A stretch of DNA of 64,000 bases, taken from Armatimonadota bacterium (lineage in GTDB: Bacteria; Armatimonadota; Fimbriimonadia; Fimbriimonadales; GBS-DC). Each line of letters begins with the position of its first letter. Within the stretch, counting starts at the first letter, position 1. The position numbers and the translations under genes are program-made. Below the pieces are notes generated by a model. It saw only the letters and a list, made by a program, of their open reading frames with translations. It did no database searches and was not told the origin of the DNA. Location of the stretch: NCBI GenBank assembly GCA_037445735.1, contig JBBIJY010000014.1, positions 20,297 through 84,296 of the forward strand, in the 5' to 3' direction. This document shows, one piece after another, positions 32,107 to 41,955 of this stretch.

Positions 32107-33590
32107 GCGGGACTCTCCTCCGTGTCGGGGGATGGCGCTTCGCTTCGGGGTCGTGGTGCGGGCGGCGCCTTCTGGCGGGGCGGCTTCAGGTAGCCACTGA
32201 TGCCGTCCAGCCCGGTTGCCAGCAGGCTACCCGCCTCGCAGGAGCAGAGGAAGCAGCTCGGATTGCGTTCGGCTTCGGCGGGGAACGCCTGCTGCGCCAC
32301 CAGGTCGTAATAGACATACGGCTGCGCGGGCAGGCAGCCCGTGGTCAGCTTCACGAACTCCCACACCAGCAGGTTCGCCACGACGCCGTTCAGGAACACC
32401 ACCTGCGGGTTGGGTATCCGCTCGCCCTGAATGTAGCCGTGCTGGATCGACATGGCACGCTGTTCGGGCGTGAGCTGCTCTTCCACGCTCTGGCGCACCA
32501 GATGCCCGACACAGCTGAGGCAGGCGGTCTCGCCCGGCAGGATGAGCTGCACCTGTCCGCCGCCCTGCGCGATGCGTCCCGCCTCCGCGCGTATGCCGAC
32601 GCCCGCGTCCAGATAGGGGATCAGCGCGCACACCGCCACCAGGTTCAAATACTGGCGCACGGTCGCGCTGTCCACCGCGCCGATCAGCACATCGCTTTCG
32701 AGCAGGGTGGTCAGCAGTTCGGGCGAGCGCGCATCGGCGGGCAGGGGCATGATGGTGCGCCATTCGGGGCTGCGAGCACGATTGAACCAGAGTGCGAGCG
32801 CCTTCACCTTGCGCCAGCGCCGAATCGCGCGATACCAGGTGGCGCCCACGATACGGTTCAGATTGCTCAGCTCCAGTCGGTCGGGGTCGATCAGCGTCAG
32901 ATGCCCGACGCCGAGCAGGGTGAGCGCCTGCGCAATCTGGGAGCCAAGCCCGCCCGCGCCCACAATCGCCACGCGCAGGTGGCTCAACAGCGCCTGACCC
33001 TCCACACCGAGCGCGCGCACCTGACGGTCGTACAGCTCCCGCTGGGCTTTGTCCAGCTCCGGCGGTGCAAGGTCAGTCGCATAGCGCATCTCGCAGGGCA
33101 GCCCCACGATGCGGATATGCTCAATCGGCACCACCTGCTGATTCACATAGTCCCACATGTGCCCGTCGAAGCCCATGTCGGAGCCGAACACCAGCGTGCC
33201 ATGCCGAAACGGGGGCGACAGCACCTCGGTGACGCGGAACTTCTGATAGTCGCTCTGGTGATCAATCGAGGAGAAGCGCGGTTGAGGCGTCCACGGATGG
33301 GAGTGGGCTTCCAGCAGCGACCAGCCCTCCGCTTCACAGCGCGTCAGCAGGGCATGCACGAACTCCGGGCGGGTGATGACGCGACTGGCGGAGCGCTCCT
33401 CGTAGGCGTCCGGCGGCACCTCCACCAGCTCGCGCACAAGGAACACCGCTCGCCCTGGCAGCTCCAGCGTGCGACACAGCATGAAGCACTTCGTCTCGAC
33501 ACAGCGGTCAGCGAGAAGCGCTTCGGTGAGGCGCGTCCAGAGCGTGCGCGTGATGCGTACCTCGCCACACAGAGCTTGCAACGGCTCCAC
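32103..33590 (-). CDS. JAB/JAMM peptidase fused to a ThiF/E1 adenylyltransferase
   Basis: JAB: E...HSHP-x6-SSID; E1: IVGAGGLGS, DPDRLELSNLNR, AVDS, LDAG, CLSC...HGY...CFLC. Confidence 0.9.
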   Translation of the reverse strand: MEPLQALCGEVRITRTLWTRLTEALLADRCVETKCFMLCRTLELPGRAVFLVRELVEVPPDAYEERSASRVITRPEFVHALLTRCEAEGWSLLEAHSHPWTPQPRFSSIDHQSDYQKFRVTEVLSPPFRHGTLVFGSDMGFDGHMWDYVNQQVVPIEHIRIVGLPCEMRYATDLAPPELDKAQRELYDRQVRALGVEGQALLSHLRVAIVGAGGLGSQIAQALTLLGVGHLTLIDPDRLELSNLNRIVGATWYRAIRRWRKVKALALWFNRARSPEWRTIMPLPADARSPELLTTLLESDVLIGAVDSATVRQYLNLVAVCALIPYLDAGVGIRAEAGRIAQGGGQVQLILPGETACLSCVGHLVRQSVEEQLTPEQRAMSIQHGYIQGERIPNPQVVFLNGVVANLLVWEFVKLTTGCLPAQPYVYYDLVAQQAFPAEAERNPSCFLCSCEAGSLLATGLDGISGYLKPPRQKAPPAPRPRSEAPSPDTEESPA

Positions 33591-33593
33591 TCC

Positions 33594-34043
33594 CTATCCG
33601 CGTCGCCAGCGTTCAAACGCCTTCTTAATGAGTTCGCAAACGCTCAGCAGGGAATGCCCTGCCAGCGGGTTCGCTGCAGGGTGCCACTCGTGGATATGCA
33701 GGCAGCAGGCGGTCCAGCCCTTCAGTGCCGGCGGCGCCTCACGGAACTGACCCCGATTGGGGTCATAGGAGGTGTCGCCGTAGAACACATGGGGCGGACG
33801 CTGCCCGTTCGCTAAGCGCAGGTTGTAATCCACATAGAACCAGTCGGGTGGGGTCTGGGGGTAGTGACGCGGCAGCAGGATCAGCACATCAGTGGTGGTG
33901 TAGTTGTAGCCACGGGGGAGCGGGAAGTCGTGAATGATGACCCACTCCCCGTCCTCGTCGTCATAGGAGGCTTGCTTCGTCTGCGAGTAGTGCGTCGCAG
34001 CGAGCGCCGCCTCGTAGGCGATCCGCTGCAGGCGTGTGTTCAT
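33594..34043 (-). CDS. Prokaryotic E2/UBC-fold protein (family E-like)
   Basis: WVIIHDFPLPRGYN...DVLILLPRHYPQTPPDWFYV; WTACCLHIHEWHP; 3 nt from the E1 start. Confidence 0.85.
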   Translation of the reverse strand: MNTRLQRIAYEAALAATHYSQTKQASYDDEDGEWVIIHDFPLPRGYNYTTTDVLILLPRHYPQTPPDWFYVDYNLRLANGQRPPHVFYGDTSYDPNRGQFREAPPALKGWTACCLHIHEWHPAANPLAGHSLLSVCELIKKAFERWRRG

Positions 34044-34073
34044 GGTGTCATCCCCGTGACAGCGATCCAGGGC

Positions 34074-34274
34074 TTAGCCGATACCGTCCTCCCAGCGCGG
34101 CAGCTCGGTGACGGCGGGTGCGCGGCGCACCACTTCCTGCGGCGTGGTCGGCTGAGATGGAGTGATCGGCGTGTTCAGCGTGGTCGGGTCGTTCGTGGTC
34201 GCAGGCGTCAGCGTAATCTCATAGTCGATGCCGTTCAGGCGAACCTTTTCCTTAACCGCGTTACCTGTTGGCAT
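34074..34274 (-). CDS. 66-aa putative ubiquitin-like modifier precursor
   Basis: GAGGTG RBS and GGGG-TATAAT upstream; first gene before E2 and JAB-E1; ends PRWEDG-IG. Confidence 0.65.
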   Translation of the reverse strand: MPTGNAVKEKVRLNGIDYEITLTPATTNDPTTLNTPITPSQPTTPQEVVRRAPAVTELPRWEDGIG

Positions 34275-34292
34275 ATGGAACACCTCACCCCT

Positions 34293-34315
34293 ATTATACC
34301 CCAAACCTCTGTCAA
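34293..34315 (-). promoter_or_regulatory. Putative sigma70-type promoter of the ubiquitination-like operon
   Basis: Minus strand TTGACA-gaggtttgggg-TATAAT; the -10 is perfect, but the 11-nt spacer is non-canonical. Confidence 0.55.
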
Positions 34316-34420
34316 GAGTTCCCTGCAAAGGGGAGAAAAAATCCCGTTTCGCCTCCCAGAGGCATCGATAAAGCAGGAAAAGGGTGGCTGGCTGACGAAT
34401 CATCCACACTGTGAGGTGAG

Positions 34421-36388
34421 ATGATGGAGACGATGCAGACCACAACGGCGATTGAGGCGTTGTTGCAGGAGCAGCGGGTCTTCCCGCCTTCGGACGAGTT
34501 TGTGCGACAGGCGAATATCAGCGATGCGGCTATTTATGAAGAGGCGGCGCGCGACTATGAGGCGTTCTGGGCGAAGTGCGCCGAGATTCTCGACTGGTAT
34601 CAGAGATGGCACACGGTGCTGGAGTGGAACCCGCCCTATGCGAAGTGGTTTATCGGCGGCAAGCTGAACGCCTGCTACAACTGCGTGGATCGGCATGTGA
34701 AGACATGGCGGCGCAACAAAGCCGCGCTCATCTGGGAGGGCGAGCCAGGCGAGGAGCGCGTGCTGACCTACAACGACCTCTATCGCGAGGTGCAGAAGTT
34801 CGCCAATGTGCTGAAGGCGCTGGGCGTGCGCAAAGGCGACCGTGTCTGCATCTATATGCCGCTCATCCCCGAAGTGGTGATTGCGATGCTGGCGTGCGCG
34901 CGAATCGGTGCGCCCCATTCGGTGGTGTTCGGCGGGTTCAGCGCGGAGAGCCTCTCGGATCGAATCAACGACGCGCAGGCGAAGGTGCTGATCACCGCCG
35001 ATGGCGGCTGGCGCCGCGGCTCGATTGTGCCGCTCAAGCGCAACGCCGATGATGCCCTGCGCAACACGCCCTCCATCGAGAAAGTGGTTGTCTATCAACG
35101 CATTGGCGGCGACTACACCGTGCCGATGCAGCAGGGGCGCGACCTCTGGTGGCACGAGCTGATGGCGAACGCACCGCTCACCTGCGCGCCAGAACCGATG
35201 GACAGCGAAGACCTGCTCTATCTGCTCTACACCTCCGGCTCCACAGGCAAGCCGAAAGGCATCATGCACACCACCGGCGGCTACCTTGTGGGCGTTGCCC
35301 TCACCACCCGATGGGTTTTCGACCTCAAGGATGAAGACATCTACTGGTGTACCGCCGATGTGGGCTGGGTCACAGGGCACAGCTATATCGTGTACGGTCC
35401 GCTGGCGAACGGGGCGACCTGCGTGATTTACGAGGGCGCACCCGACTATCCCGACCGCGACCGATTCTGGGCGATAGTGGAGAAATATCGGGTGAACATC
35501 CTGTACACCGCGCCGACCGCCATCCGCGCCTTCATGAAGTGGGGCGAGGAGTACCCGCGCCGCCACGATCTGAGCAGCCTGCGCCTGCTGGGCACCGTCG
35601 GCGAACCTATCAACCCCGAAGCGTGGATGTGGTACCACGAGCATATCGGCGGCGGACGCTGCCCGATTGTCGACACATGGTGGCAGACCGAGACGGGCAT
35701 GATTATGATCACGCCGCTACCCGGCATCGTGGCGACCAAGCCCGGCTCCGCCACCAAGCCGTTTCCAGGGGTGTTCCCGGACATCTTCGACGAGCAGGGC
35801 AACCCGGTGCCGCCGAACAGGGGTGGCTATCTGGTGCTGACACGCCCCTGGCCGGCGATGACGCGCGGGCTGTACGGTGACCCCGAACGCTTCCAGCAAA
35901 TCTACTGGAGCCGATACCCCGGCATCTATTTCACGGGCGACGGCGCCAAGCGCGATGAGGACGGCTACTTCTGGCTGCTGGGGCGCGTGGACGATGTGAT
36001 CAATGTGTCAGGGCATCGCCTCAGCACGATGGAAATCGAAAGCGCGCTGGTGGATCACCCGGCAGTCGCCGAAGCCGCCGTCATCGGTAAATCGCACGAG
36101 ATCAAGGGTCAGGCGGTGGCTGCCTTCGTGATTATCAAAGAGGGCTACACCGCCGATGAGCGATTACGCGAGGAACTCAAGCAGCATGTGGTGGCGAAAA
36201 TCGGCGCGCTTGCCCGACCCGATGATATTATCTTCACCGCCGACCTGCCCAAAACGCGCAGTGGCAAGATTATGCGTCGCCTGCTGCGCGATGTGGCGGA
36301 AGGGCGCGCACTGGGCGACACCACCACTCTCGCAGACCCCGCCGTCGTGCAGGCGCTCAAAGAGAAATACGAGGGTCAGGAAGAGTAG
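34421..36388 (+). CDS. acs: Acetyl-CoA synthetase
   Basis: [53 protein letters not shown]. Confidence 0.97.
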   Translation: MMETMQTTTAIEALLQEQRVFPPSDEFVRQANISDAAIYEEAARDYEAFWAKCAEILDWYQRWHTVLEWNPPYAKWFIGGKLNACYNCVDRHVKTWRRNKAALIWEGEPGEERVLTYNDLYREVQKFANVLKALGVRKGDRVCIYMPLIPEVVIAMLACARIGAPHSVVFGGFSAESLSDRINDAQAKVLITADGGWRRGSIVPLKRNADDALRNTPSIEKVVVYQRIGGDYTVPMQQGRDLWWHELMANAPLTCAPEPMDSEDLLYLLYTSGSTGKPKGIMHTTGGYLVGVALTTRWVFDLKDEDIYWCTADVGWVTGHSYIVYGPLANGATCVIYEGAPDYPDRDRFWAIVEKYRVNILYTAPTAIRAFMKWGEEYPRRHDLSSLRLLGTVGEPINPEAWMWYHEHIGGGRCPIVDTWWQTETGMIMITPLPGIVATKPGSATKPFPGVFPDIFDEQGNPVPPNRGGYLVLTRPWPAMTRGLYGDPERFQQIYWSRYPGIYFTGDGAKRDEDGYFWLLGRVDDVINVSGHRLSTMEIESALVDHPAVAEAAVIGKSHEIKGQAVAAFVIIKEGYTADERLREELKQHVVAKIGALARPDDIIFTADLPKTRSGKIMRRLLRDVAEGRALGDTTTLADPAVVQALKEKYEGQEE

Positions 36389-36558
36389 CCCTTCCCTCAC
36401 CGCTCCCCCGGCGTGCTGGCTGAAGCCATCCCGATGAAGCCCCTCTCCTGCACGCGGCAACTGCTTCCAGAGAGGCAAGCACGGAGGCAGTTGCCGCGTC
36501 GCGCTATCCACCGCTCAAAATCCCCCGCCATGTGGAATAACCTCTTCTGGCGATTACC

Positions 36559-38019
36559 ATGCTCGAACTGTGGAAGCACGGGCTGCTGTGGATCAGCACC
36601 GCGCTATATGGCTACCTGATCGTGCATCACACGATTCAGGCGCTTCTGTCGGAGCAGCGGGGGGCGAACCTGCGGCTGGTCATGCTGCTCGTGTGCTGCC
36701 TGGTGTTCGCCGTGATTGATAGCATGCTGCTCAGTGCGGAGCCGCGCCCCCATCCTGCTGTGCGCCTGCTCACCACGATTCAGTACATCGTGTCGGTTCT
36801 GTGTGCCGTGCTGTTCATCGCGCAGCTGAACGATTCGCTGGATTTGTGCCTTGCCCGCTGGCTGAAGGGCTTGTGGGTCCTCACAGCGTTGCTGATTATC
36901 ACCAGCCTGATGGGGCTGACAATTAGCTCGAAAATCGAGACGCTGGCACTCCCGCTCCTGCATGGCTATTATCTGCATAGCAGCAGCACGCCGCTGGGCT
37001 ACGCTTTCTCCGCGCTGACACTGACCGCCTTTCTGGCGACTTTTGTCGTGGCGTACCGCTCCTGGCGCCGCCAGAGCTGCGCCAATCGCCTGTTGCTGCT
37101 CATCCTGAGCCTGATTATCCCGCTGGTGTTAATTGACATGGCAACCTATTACAATCTCATCACGGGTGTACCGACATGGAATCTCTGCTATGCGATTATC
37201 TCGATGGGCTTATCGGCTCACCTGAACGCGCAGCTGCATGAGCTGACCCACAATTTGAAGCAGGCGCATCTGGAGCTGCAGGCGGCTTATCGCCAGATGA
37301 TTGAACAGGAGCGGCTCAGCACGATAGGGCAGATTGTGCGCGGGATTGTGCATGACCTGAAAAACTTTTTCAACACGGTTCAGTCACTGGCGGATGTGGG
37401 CGTAATGCGTTTGAAACGCGATCCGGCATTTGACCCCGCCGAATACTTTACCAGCATCGGCAACGCCACGCGTCAGGCGCACCAGTACCTGCTGGAGCTG
37501 CTGGAGATGACCCATGAGCAGGGCGAGCTGCAGATAGGGGAAGTATCGCCCGCCGAGATTGTGAACGAGGTTGCCCGCCTGTCGGGCGCCCGCTTCCTGG
37601 AGCCGCCCGTGCAGCTCATCAACAACATCCCGATCGGGCTGCGCATGGAGGCAGACCGCCGCTATCTGGCACAGCTGTTTTTGAATCTAACCCTGAATGC
37701 GCTGCAGGCGATGCGGGAGTGGCACGGCGAACGACGCATCGAGTTCGACTGGATCGAGCAGCCCGATTGCGTGGTGCTCACCATGCACGACACCGGACCC
37801 GGCTTGCCCGAAGAGGTAAGCGCTCATCTGTTTGAGCGTGAGGTCACCACCCGTCAGGGCGGCACAGGGCTGGGACTGATGCTGGCACGCCGCGCGCTGG
37901 AAAAGCACAACGCCACCGTAGAGGTGCATTCCGCGCCAGGCAAAGGCACACGGTTCATCTTCCGATTTCCCACACCACCCCGATTCATGCAGCAGCCCGA
38001 ATATGTCGCGGTGGCGTGA
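36559..38019 (+). CDS. Membrane-bound sensor histidine kinase
   Basis: About 7 TM helices, VHDLKN, NLTLNALQA, DTGPGL, GTGLGL. Confidence 0.85.
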   Translation: MLELWKHGLLWISTALYGYLIVHHTIQALLSEQRGANLRLVMLLVCCLVFAVIDSMLLSAEPRPHPAVRLLTTIQYIVSVLCAVLFIAQLNDSLDLCLARWLKGLWVLTALLIITSLMGLTISSKIETLALPLLHGYYLHSSSTPLGYAFSALTLTAFLATFVVAYRSWRRQSCANRLLLLILSLIIPLVLIDMATYYNLITGVPTWNLCYAIISMGLSAHLNAQLHELTHNLKQAHLELQAAYRQMIEQERLSTIGQIVRGIVHDLKNFFNTVQSLADVGVMRLKRDPAFDPAEYFTSIGNATRQAHQYLLELLEMTHEQGELQIGEVSPAEIVNEVARLSGARFLEPPVQLINNIPIGLRMEADRRYLAQLFLNLTLNALQAMREWHGERRIEFDWIEQPDCVVLTMHDTGPGLPEEVSAHLFEREVTTRQGGTGLGLMLARRALEKHNATVEVHSAPGKGTRFIFRFPTPPRFMQQPEYVAVA

Positions 38020-38079
38020 ACATTAAAGCAGGAATCGCGTGGTGGGCAGTCGAACCCTTTCCACAGGGAGGCGATAAGC

Positions 38080-38814
38080 GTGGAAGAGCCAGTTAAGCGC
38101 TCTGACGCTGTGGAAAAAGAGTACACACAAGCTGTCATCTATGGTCTGCTGGGACTGGTGATGCTGCTGCTAACATGGCTGTTCTGGCGCTATGGGGGCA
38201 TGTTCTACTCCTTCTCGTGGGGTTTCGGGCTGGTGTGGCTCGGCTCGTGGGTATATGCGGGCTGGTCGCTCTATAAAACGCGCAACATACCTGCCTATCC
38301 CGTGAGCTGCCCCTACTGCCAGAAGGAGAATGTGTTCGTGGCGCCGCCGCAAAGCGATTTCACCTGCGAACACTGTCGGCGGCTCGTGCCGGTGGAGAAC
38401 GGGCATGTGCTGGAGGTGGTGACGGTGCGTTGCCCCCACTGCCGCGCCACCGAGCAGGTCTCGCCCCGCGCCCGAACCGCCATCTGCGAGCATTGCCAGC
38501 GCGAGTTCAGCGTGGTCGCCCCCACACAGACGCAGGTCTCGATGCCCCTGCCGCAGGACGACCCCACACCCTACGAACTGGTGCTGCTCGGCGTGGAACG
38601 CCTGAAGGAAGAAGAAGCCATTGCCCATCTGGAGTCGTTCCTCACCCTCACCCGACCCGATGTGAAGAAACTGCTCCAGAGTGCGCCCGTGGTCATTCTG
38701 ACCAATCTGCCACGCCGAAAAGCCGAAATGCTGGTCAAAGACCTGCAGCAGTGGGGCATCAAAACGGAGATACGGGCGATCGAGGATCCGAGCCGCGTGC
38801 CCACACCATGGTGA
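38080..38814 (+). CDS. Membrane protein with double zinc ribbon and an L7/L12-C/ClpS-like C-terminal domain
   Basis: Two TM helices; CPYC/CEHC, CPHC/CEHC; VKKLLQSAPVVILTNL..KAE.L...L. Confidence 0.6.
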   Translation: MEEPVKRSDAVEKEYTQAVIYGLLGLVMLLLTWLFWRYGGMFYSFSWGFGLVWLGSWVYAGWSLYKTRNIPAYPVSCPYCQKENVFVAPPQSDFTCEHCRRLVPVENGHVLEVVTVRCPHCRATEQVSPRARTAICEHCQREFSVVAPTQTQVSMPLPQDDPTPYELVLLGVERLKEEEAIAHLESFLTLTRPDVKKLLQSAPVVILTNLPRRKAEMLVKDLQQWGIKTEIRAIEDPSRVPTPW

Positions 38815-38841
38815 GATAGCGGGCGGGTACAATCGAACCCG

Positions 38842-39588
38842 ATGAACCTGCCCGGAGCCTATTTTCAACGGCTGCGTCAGCAGCTACAGGAGCTGGAGCG
38901 CCGCTCGCTGAGCGCGATTGAGCAGGCAGCCGAGCGGTGCGCTCAGTGCCTGCTGCGCGGCGGTGCGATCCATGTGTACGACACGGGGCATCTTGTCTCG
39001 CGTGAACTTATCAATCGCGCGGGTGGGCTGGCAGCGTTCACCCCGTTCAGCTTCGACCTGCAGGTGCAGAACCCGCACCCCTATCGCGAGGCGCATGGGA
39101 TCAGCGCTGGGTCCACGCCCGATACTGTTCGCGCGATTGTGCGTGCCGCACTGGATCGCAGTCGCATCGTGCCAGGCGATGTGCTGATTATCGGCAGCGT
39201 GTCGGGCAAGACGCCGATCCCTGTGGAGCTGGCGTTGCAGGCACGGCAGCGCGGCGTGTTCACTGTTGCGCTCACCGCCCTTGACTACTCGTCCCGCCTC
39301 GAATCGGAACATGAGTCGGGCAAGCGGCTCTTTGAGGTGGCGGATCTGGTCATCGATAACGCTGCGCCCTATGGCGACGCGATGATGAGCCTTGAAGGGC
39401 TGGAGACGCCGTTCTGTCCTGCTTCGGGCATCGGCGGCGCCGCCGCGCTGTGGGCGCTGGTGGCGGGTATCGTTGAAATAATGGCAGCGGCAGGCAAGCC
39501 GCCCACCATCTTCGCCAGCATCAATCGTCCCGACGGGCAGCAACGCTACCAGCAGAGCATCGAACAGTTCAGACAGCGAGGCTATTGA
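38842..39588 (+). CDS. SIS (sugar isomerase) domain protein
   Basis: DTGH...E...RAGGL, GDVLIIGSVSGK, RLFEVADLVIDN..PYGDA. Confidence 0.85.
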   Translation: MNLPGAYFQRLRQQLQELERRSLSAIEQAAERCAQCLLRGGAIHVYDTGHLVSRELINRAGGLAAFTPFSFDLQVQNPHPYREAHGISAGSTPDTVRAIVRAALDRSRIVPGDVLIIGSVSGKTPIPVELALQARQRGVFTVALTALDYSSRLESEHESGKRLFEVADLVIDNAAPYGDAMMSLEGLETPFCPASGIGGAAALWALVAGIVEIMAAAGKPPTIFASINRPDGQQRYQQSIEQFRQRGY

Positions 39589-39589
39589 G

Positions 39590-40006
39590 ATGAAAACGAT
39601 ACTGTTTGTGTGTGTGGGCAACTCATGTCGGAGCCAGATGGCGGAGGGGTTCGCTAACGCGCTCGGTCAGGGCAAGGTGGTCGCCTTCAGCGCAGGCACA
39701 ATGCCCGCTGCACGGGTGCATCCGCTCGCCGTCGAAGCGATGCGCGAGATCGGCATCGATATCTCCCGCCAGTATCCCAAATCGGTGGAGGAGTTCGATA
39801 TGGGCAGTTTCGACGCGGTGGTCAGCCTGTGCGATGCGTCCACCGACACGCTGTGCCCCGCGAACTTCGGGGGCGTGCGCGAGCAGTGGAACATCCCCGA
39901 TCCCGTCGGGCTGCCGATGGAGGAGTTCCGCCGTATTCGCGACACGATTGGCGAGCGGGTCAAAGCGCTGGTTAACCGATTGCTGATGGAGGGCGATGGC
40001 TGCTGA
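39590..40006 (+). CDS. arsC: Arsenate reductase / LMW-PTP family
   Basis: CVGNSCRSQMAEG, SAGT, LC...CP, WNIPDP. Confidence 0.8.
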   Translation: MKTILFVCVGNSCRSQMAEGFANALGQGKVVAFSAGTMPAARVHPLAVEAMREIGIDISRQYPKSVEEFDMGSFDAVVSLCDASTDTLCPANFGGVREQWNIPDPVGLPMEEFRRIRDTIGERVKALVNRLLMEGDGC

Positions 40007-40664
40007 GCGACTGCGTGTGGTGATTGCGAGCCACAATCGCGCCAAGTCGCGCGAAATTGTTGCACTGCTGACCGAAGGGCTGCGCGATTTGCCAGTGGAG
40101 ATTCCGCTGTTGTGCGACTATCCGAACGCGCCTGTGCCGGACGAGACCGAATCGACCTATGCGGGCAACGCCGCGCTGAAGGCATGCGCCTGCGCACGGT
40201 TCACCGGCGAGGTCGCACTGGCGGACGACGCGGGGCTGGAGATCGACGCGCTCAATGGTCAACCTGGCTTGCACTCGCGCCGATTCGCGGGTGAGCAGAC
40301 GCCCTTCACCGTCAAGATGGGGCTGATACTGGAGCGATTGCAGGCGGTGCCTGATGAGCGGCGCACGGCTCGCTTCCGCTGCGCCGTCGCGATTGCCACG
40401 CCCGAAGGCGACCTGTACCTTTTTGAAGACACGCTGGAGGGGCGTATCGCGCAGGCGCCACGCGGACAGTACGGCTTCGGCTATGACCCCATCTTCTACC
40501 TGCCTGCGTTCGGCTGCACGCTCGCCGAGCTGCACCCCGCCTTCAAGAACCGTATCAGCCATCGCGCGAAGGTGCTGCGGCAGGCAATCCCGAAACTGCG
40601 CACGATTTTGCAGGCACGCCTGCAGGCACAGAGCGTCGAACTGGACGAGGCAGAAAGCGTCTAA
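39996..40664 (+). CDS. rdgB: Non-canonical purine NTP pyrophosphatase
   Basis: SHNRAK, NAALKA, ADDAGL, GFGYDPIF, KNRISHR. Confidence 0.9.
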   Translation: MAAERLRVVIASHNRAKSREIVALLTEGLRDLPVEIPLLCDYPNAPVPDETESTYAGNAALKACACARFTGEVALADDAGLEIDALNGQPGLHSRRFAGEQTPFTVKMGLILERLQAVPDERRTARFRCAVAIATPEGDLYLFEDTLEGRIAQAPRGQYGFGYDPIFYLPAFGCTLAELHPAFKNRISHRAKVLRQAIPKLRTILQARLQAQSVELDEAESV

Positions 40665-40681
40665 ACCTGTGGAGGCAAACG

Positions 40682-41899
40682 ATGAACATCCTCGAGAGCT
40701 TTCTATCGGCGATAGAGAGCCTGCGGGCAAACAAAATGCGCACACTGCTGACCATGCTGGGCGTGATTATCGGCGTGGGCGCAGTGATCGCAATGATCGG
40801 GATAGCGCAGGGCGCCCGCGCCTACACGCTGGAGCAGGTGCAGAAGCTGGGCGCGAATGTGCTGACCGTGCGCGCGGGTCAGGCACGGCGCGGCGGCGCG
40901 TTCCTGGGATTCGGCAGCGTGCAGACGATGAAGCCATCAGACGCCGACGCCATCCTCAAAAGCTGCGGCGGGCTGGTCGCTCGCGTCTCACCCGAAACCT
41001 CCTCATCATTCCAGGTGAAATATTTCAATCGCAATACGCGCACCAGCGTTACTGGCGCCTGGCCCGAATATGCCGAGATTCGCAATCTGGTGCTGGCGGA
41101 AGGGCGCTACTACAACGAGTCGGAAGAGCGCGCGATGGCACGAGTCGCCGTCATCGGGCACACCGTATGGGAAGAGCTGTTCCAGAACGGCGCATGCATC
41201 GGCAAGACCATCCGCATTAATGGTCAACCATTTCGGGTCATCGGGCGATTACAGTACAAGGGCGACACGGGCTTCCGCAGCTTCGATGACCGCATCTATG
41301 TGCCGCTGTCGACCGCGATGCGTCGCCTGATGGGCGTGGAGCATGTGGAGGGGCTTTCCGTCCAGGCAAGCTCAGGCGAGGTGATGGAAGCCACCCAGCA
41401 ATGTGTGGAAGAGACGCTCATGCGCGTGCATCGCATTCCGCCCTGGGAAGAACCCGATTTCCGCGTGTTCAATCAGGGCGAGTTCGTGGAGACGGTCGAG
41501 CAGACGGCGCGCACCTTCACCTTCCTGCTGGCGGGCGTCGCGCTGGTCTCGCTCATCGTGGGCGGTATCGGCATTATGAACATCATGCTGGTGTCGGTGA
41601 CGGAGCGCACGCGCGAGATCGGGCTGCGCAAGGCGATTGGTGCCACCCGTCAGAACATCCTCGCGCAGTTCCTGATCGAGTCGGTGGTCATCAGCGTCGC
41701 GGGCGGGCTGATTGGCATCGCAGTGGGCTATGCGGCGGCAACCTACATCAGCCTGCAGGCGAACTGGAAGGTGCTGATTCCTGTGGAGGGCGTGCTGCTG
41801 GCATTCGGTTTCGCTGCGCTGGTGGGCATCTTTTTCGGGCTGTATCCCGCGTGGCGGGCTGCCCAGCTGCAACCGATAGAGGCTCTGCGGTATGAATAA
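40682..41899 (+). CDS. MacB/FtsX-type ABC transporter permease
   Basis: RTLLTMLGVIIGV, GGIGIMNIMLVSVTERTREIGLRKAIGA, PIEALRYE. Confidence 0.9.
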   Translation: MNILESFLSAIESLRANKMRTLLTMLGVIIGVGAVIAMIGIAQGARAYTLEQVQKLGANVLTVRAGQARRGGAFLGFGSVQTMKPSDADAILKSCGGLVARVSPETSSSFQVKYFNRNTRTSVTGAWPEYAEIRNLVLAEGRYYNESEERAMARVAVIGHTVWEELFQNGACIGKTIRINGQPFRVIGRLQYKGDTGFRSFDDRIYVPLSTAMRRLMGVEHVEGLSVQASSGEVMEATQQCVEETLMRVHRIPPWEEPDFRVFNQGEFVETVEQTARTFTFLLAGVALVSLIVGGIGIMNIMLVSVTERTREIGLRKAIGATRQNILAQFLIESVVISVAGGLIGIAVGYAAATYISLQANWKVLIPVEGVLLAFGFAALVGIFFGLYPAWRAAQLQPIEALRYE

Positions 41900-41955
41900 C
41901 TCCCTCACCTCAGAGGAGAGAGCAAGTTAGCCATCCCTCCAGGGGGCGAGGGTAT

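Noticed and set aside
32103-33590. ThiF/MoeB of thiamine or molybdopterin synthesis, or CBASS Cap2/Cap3
   Set aside because: There is an adjacent standalone E2 and no thiS/thiG/moaD/moaE; no CD-NTase or effector is present.
34299-34315. Canonical -35/-10 pair for the ubiquitination-like operon
   Set aside because: TTGACA is only 11 nt from TATAAT, so only the -10 is trusted.
34275-34445. N-terminal 57 codons of the 123-aa ORF 34074..34445
   Set aside because: They run through the promoter and overlap the acs start; the RBS supports ATG 34274.
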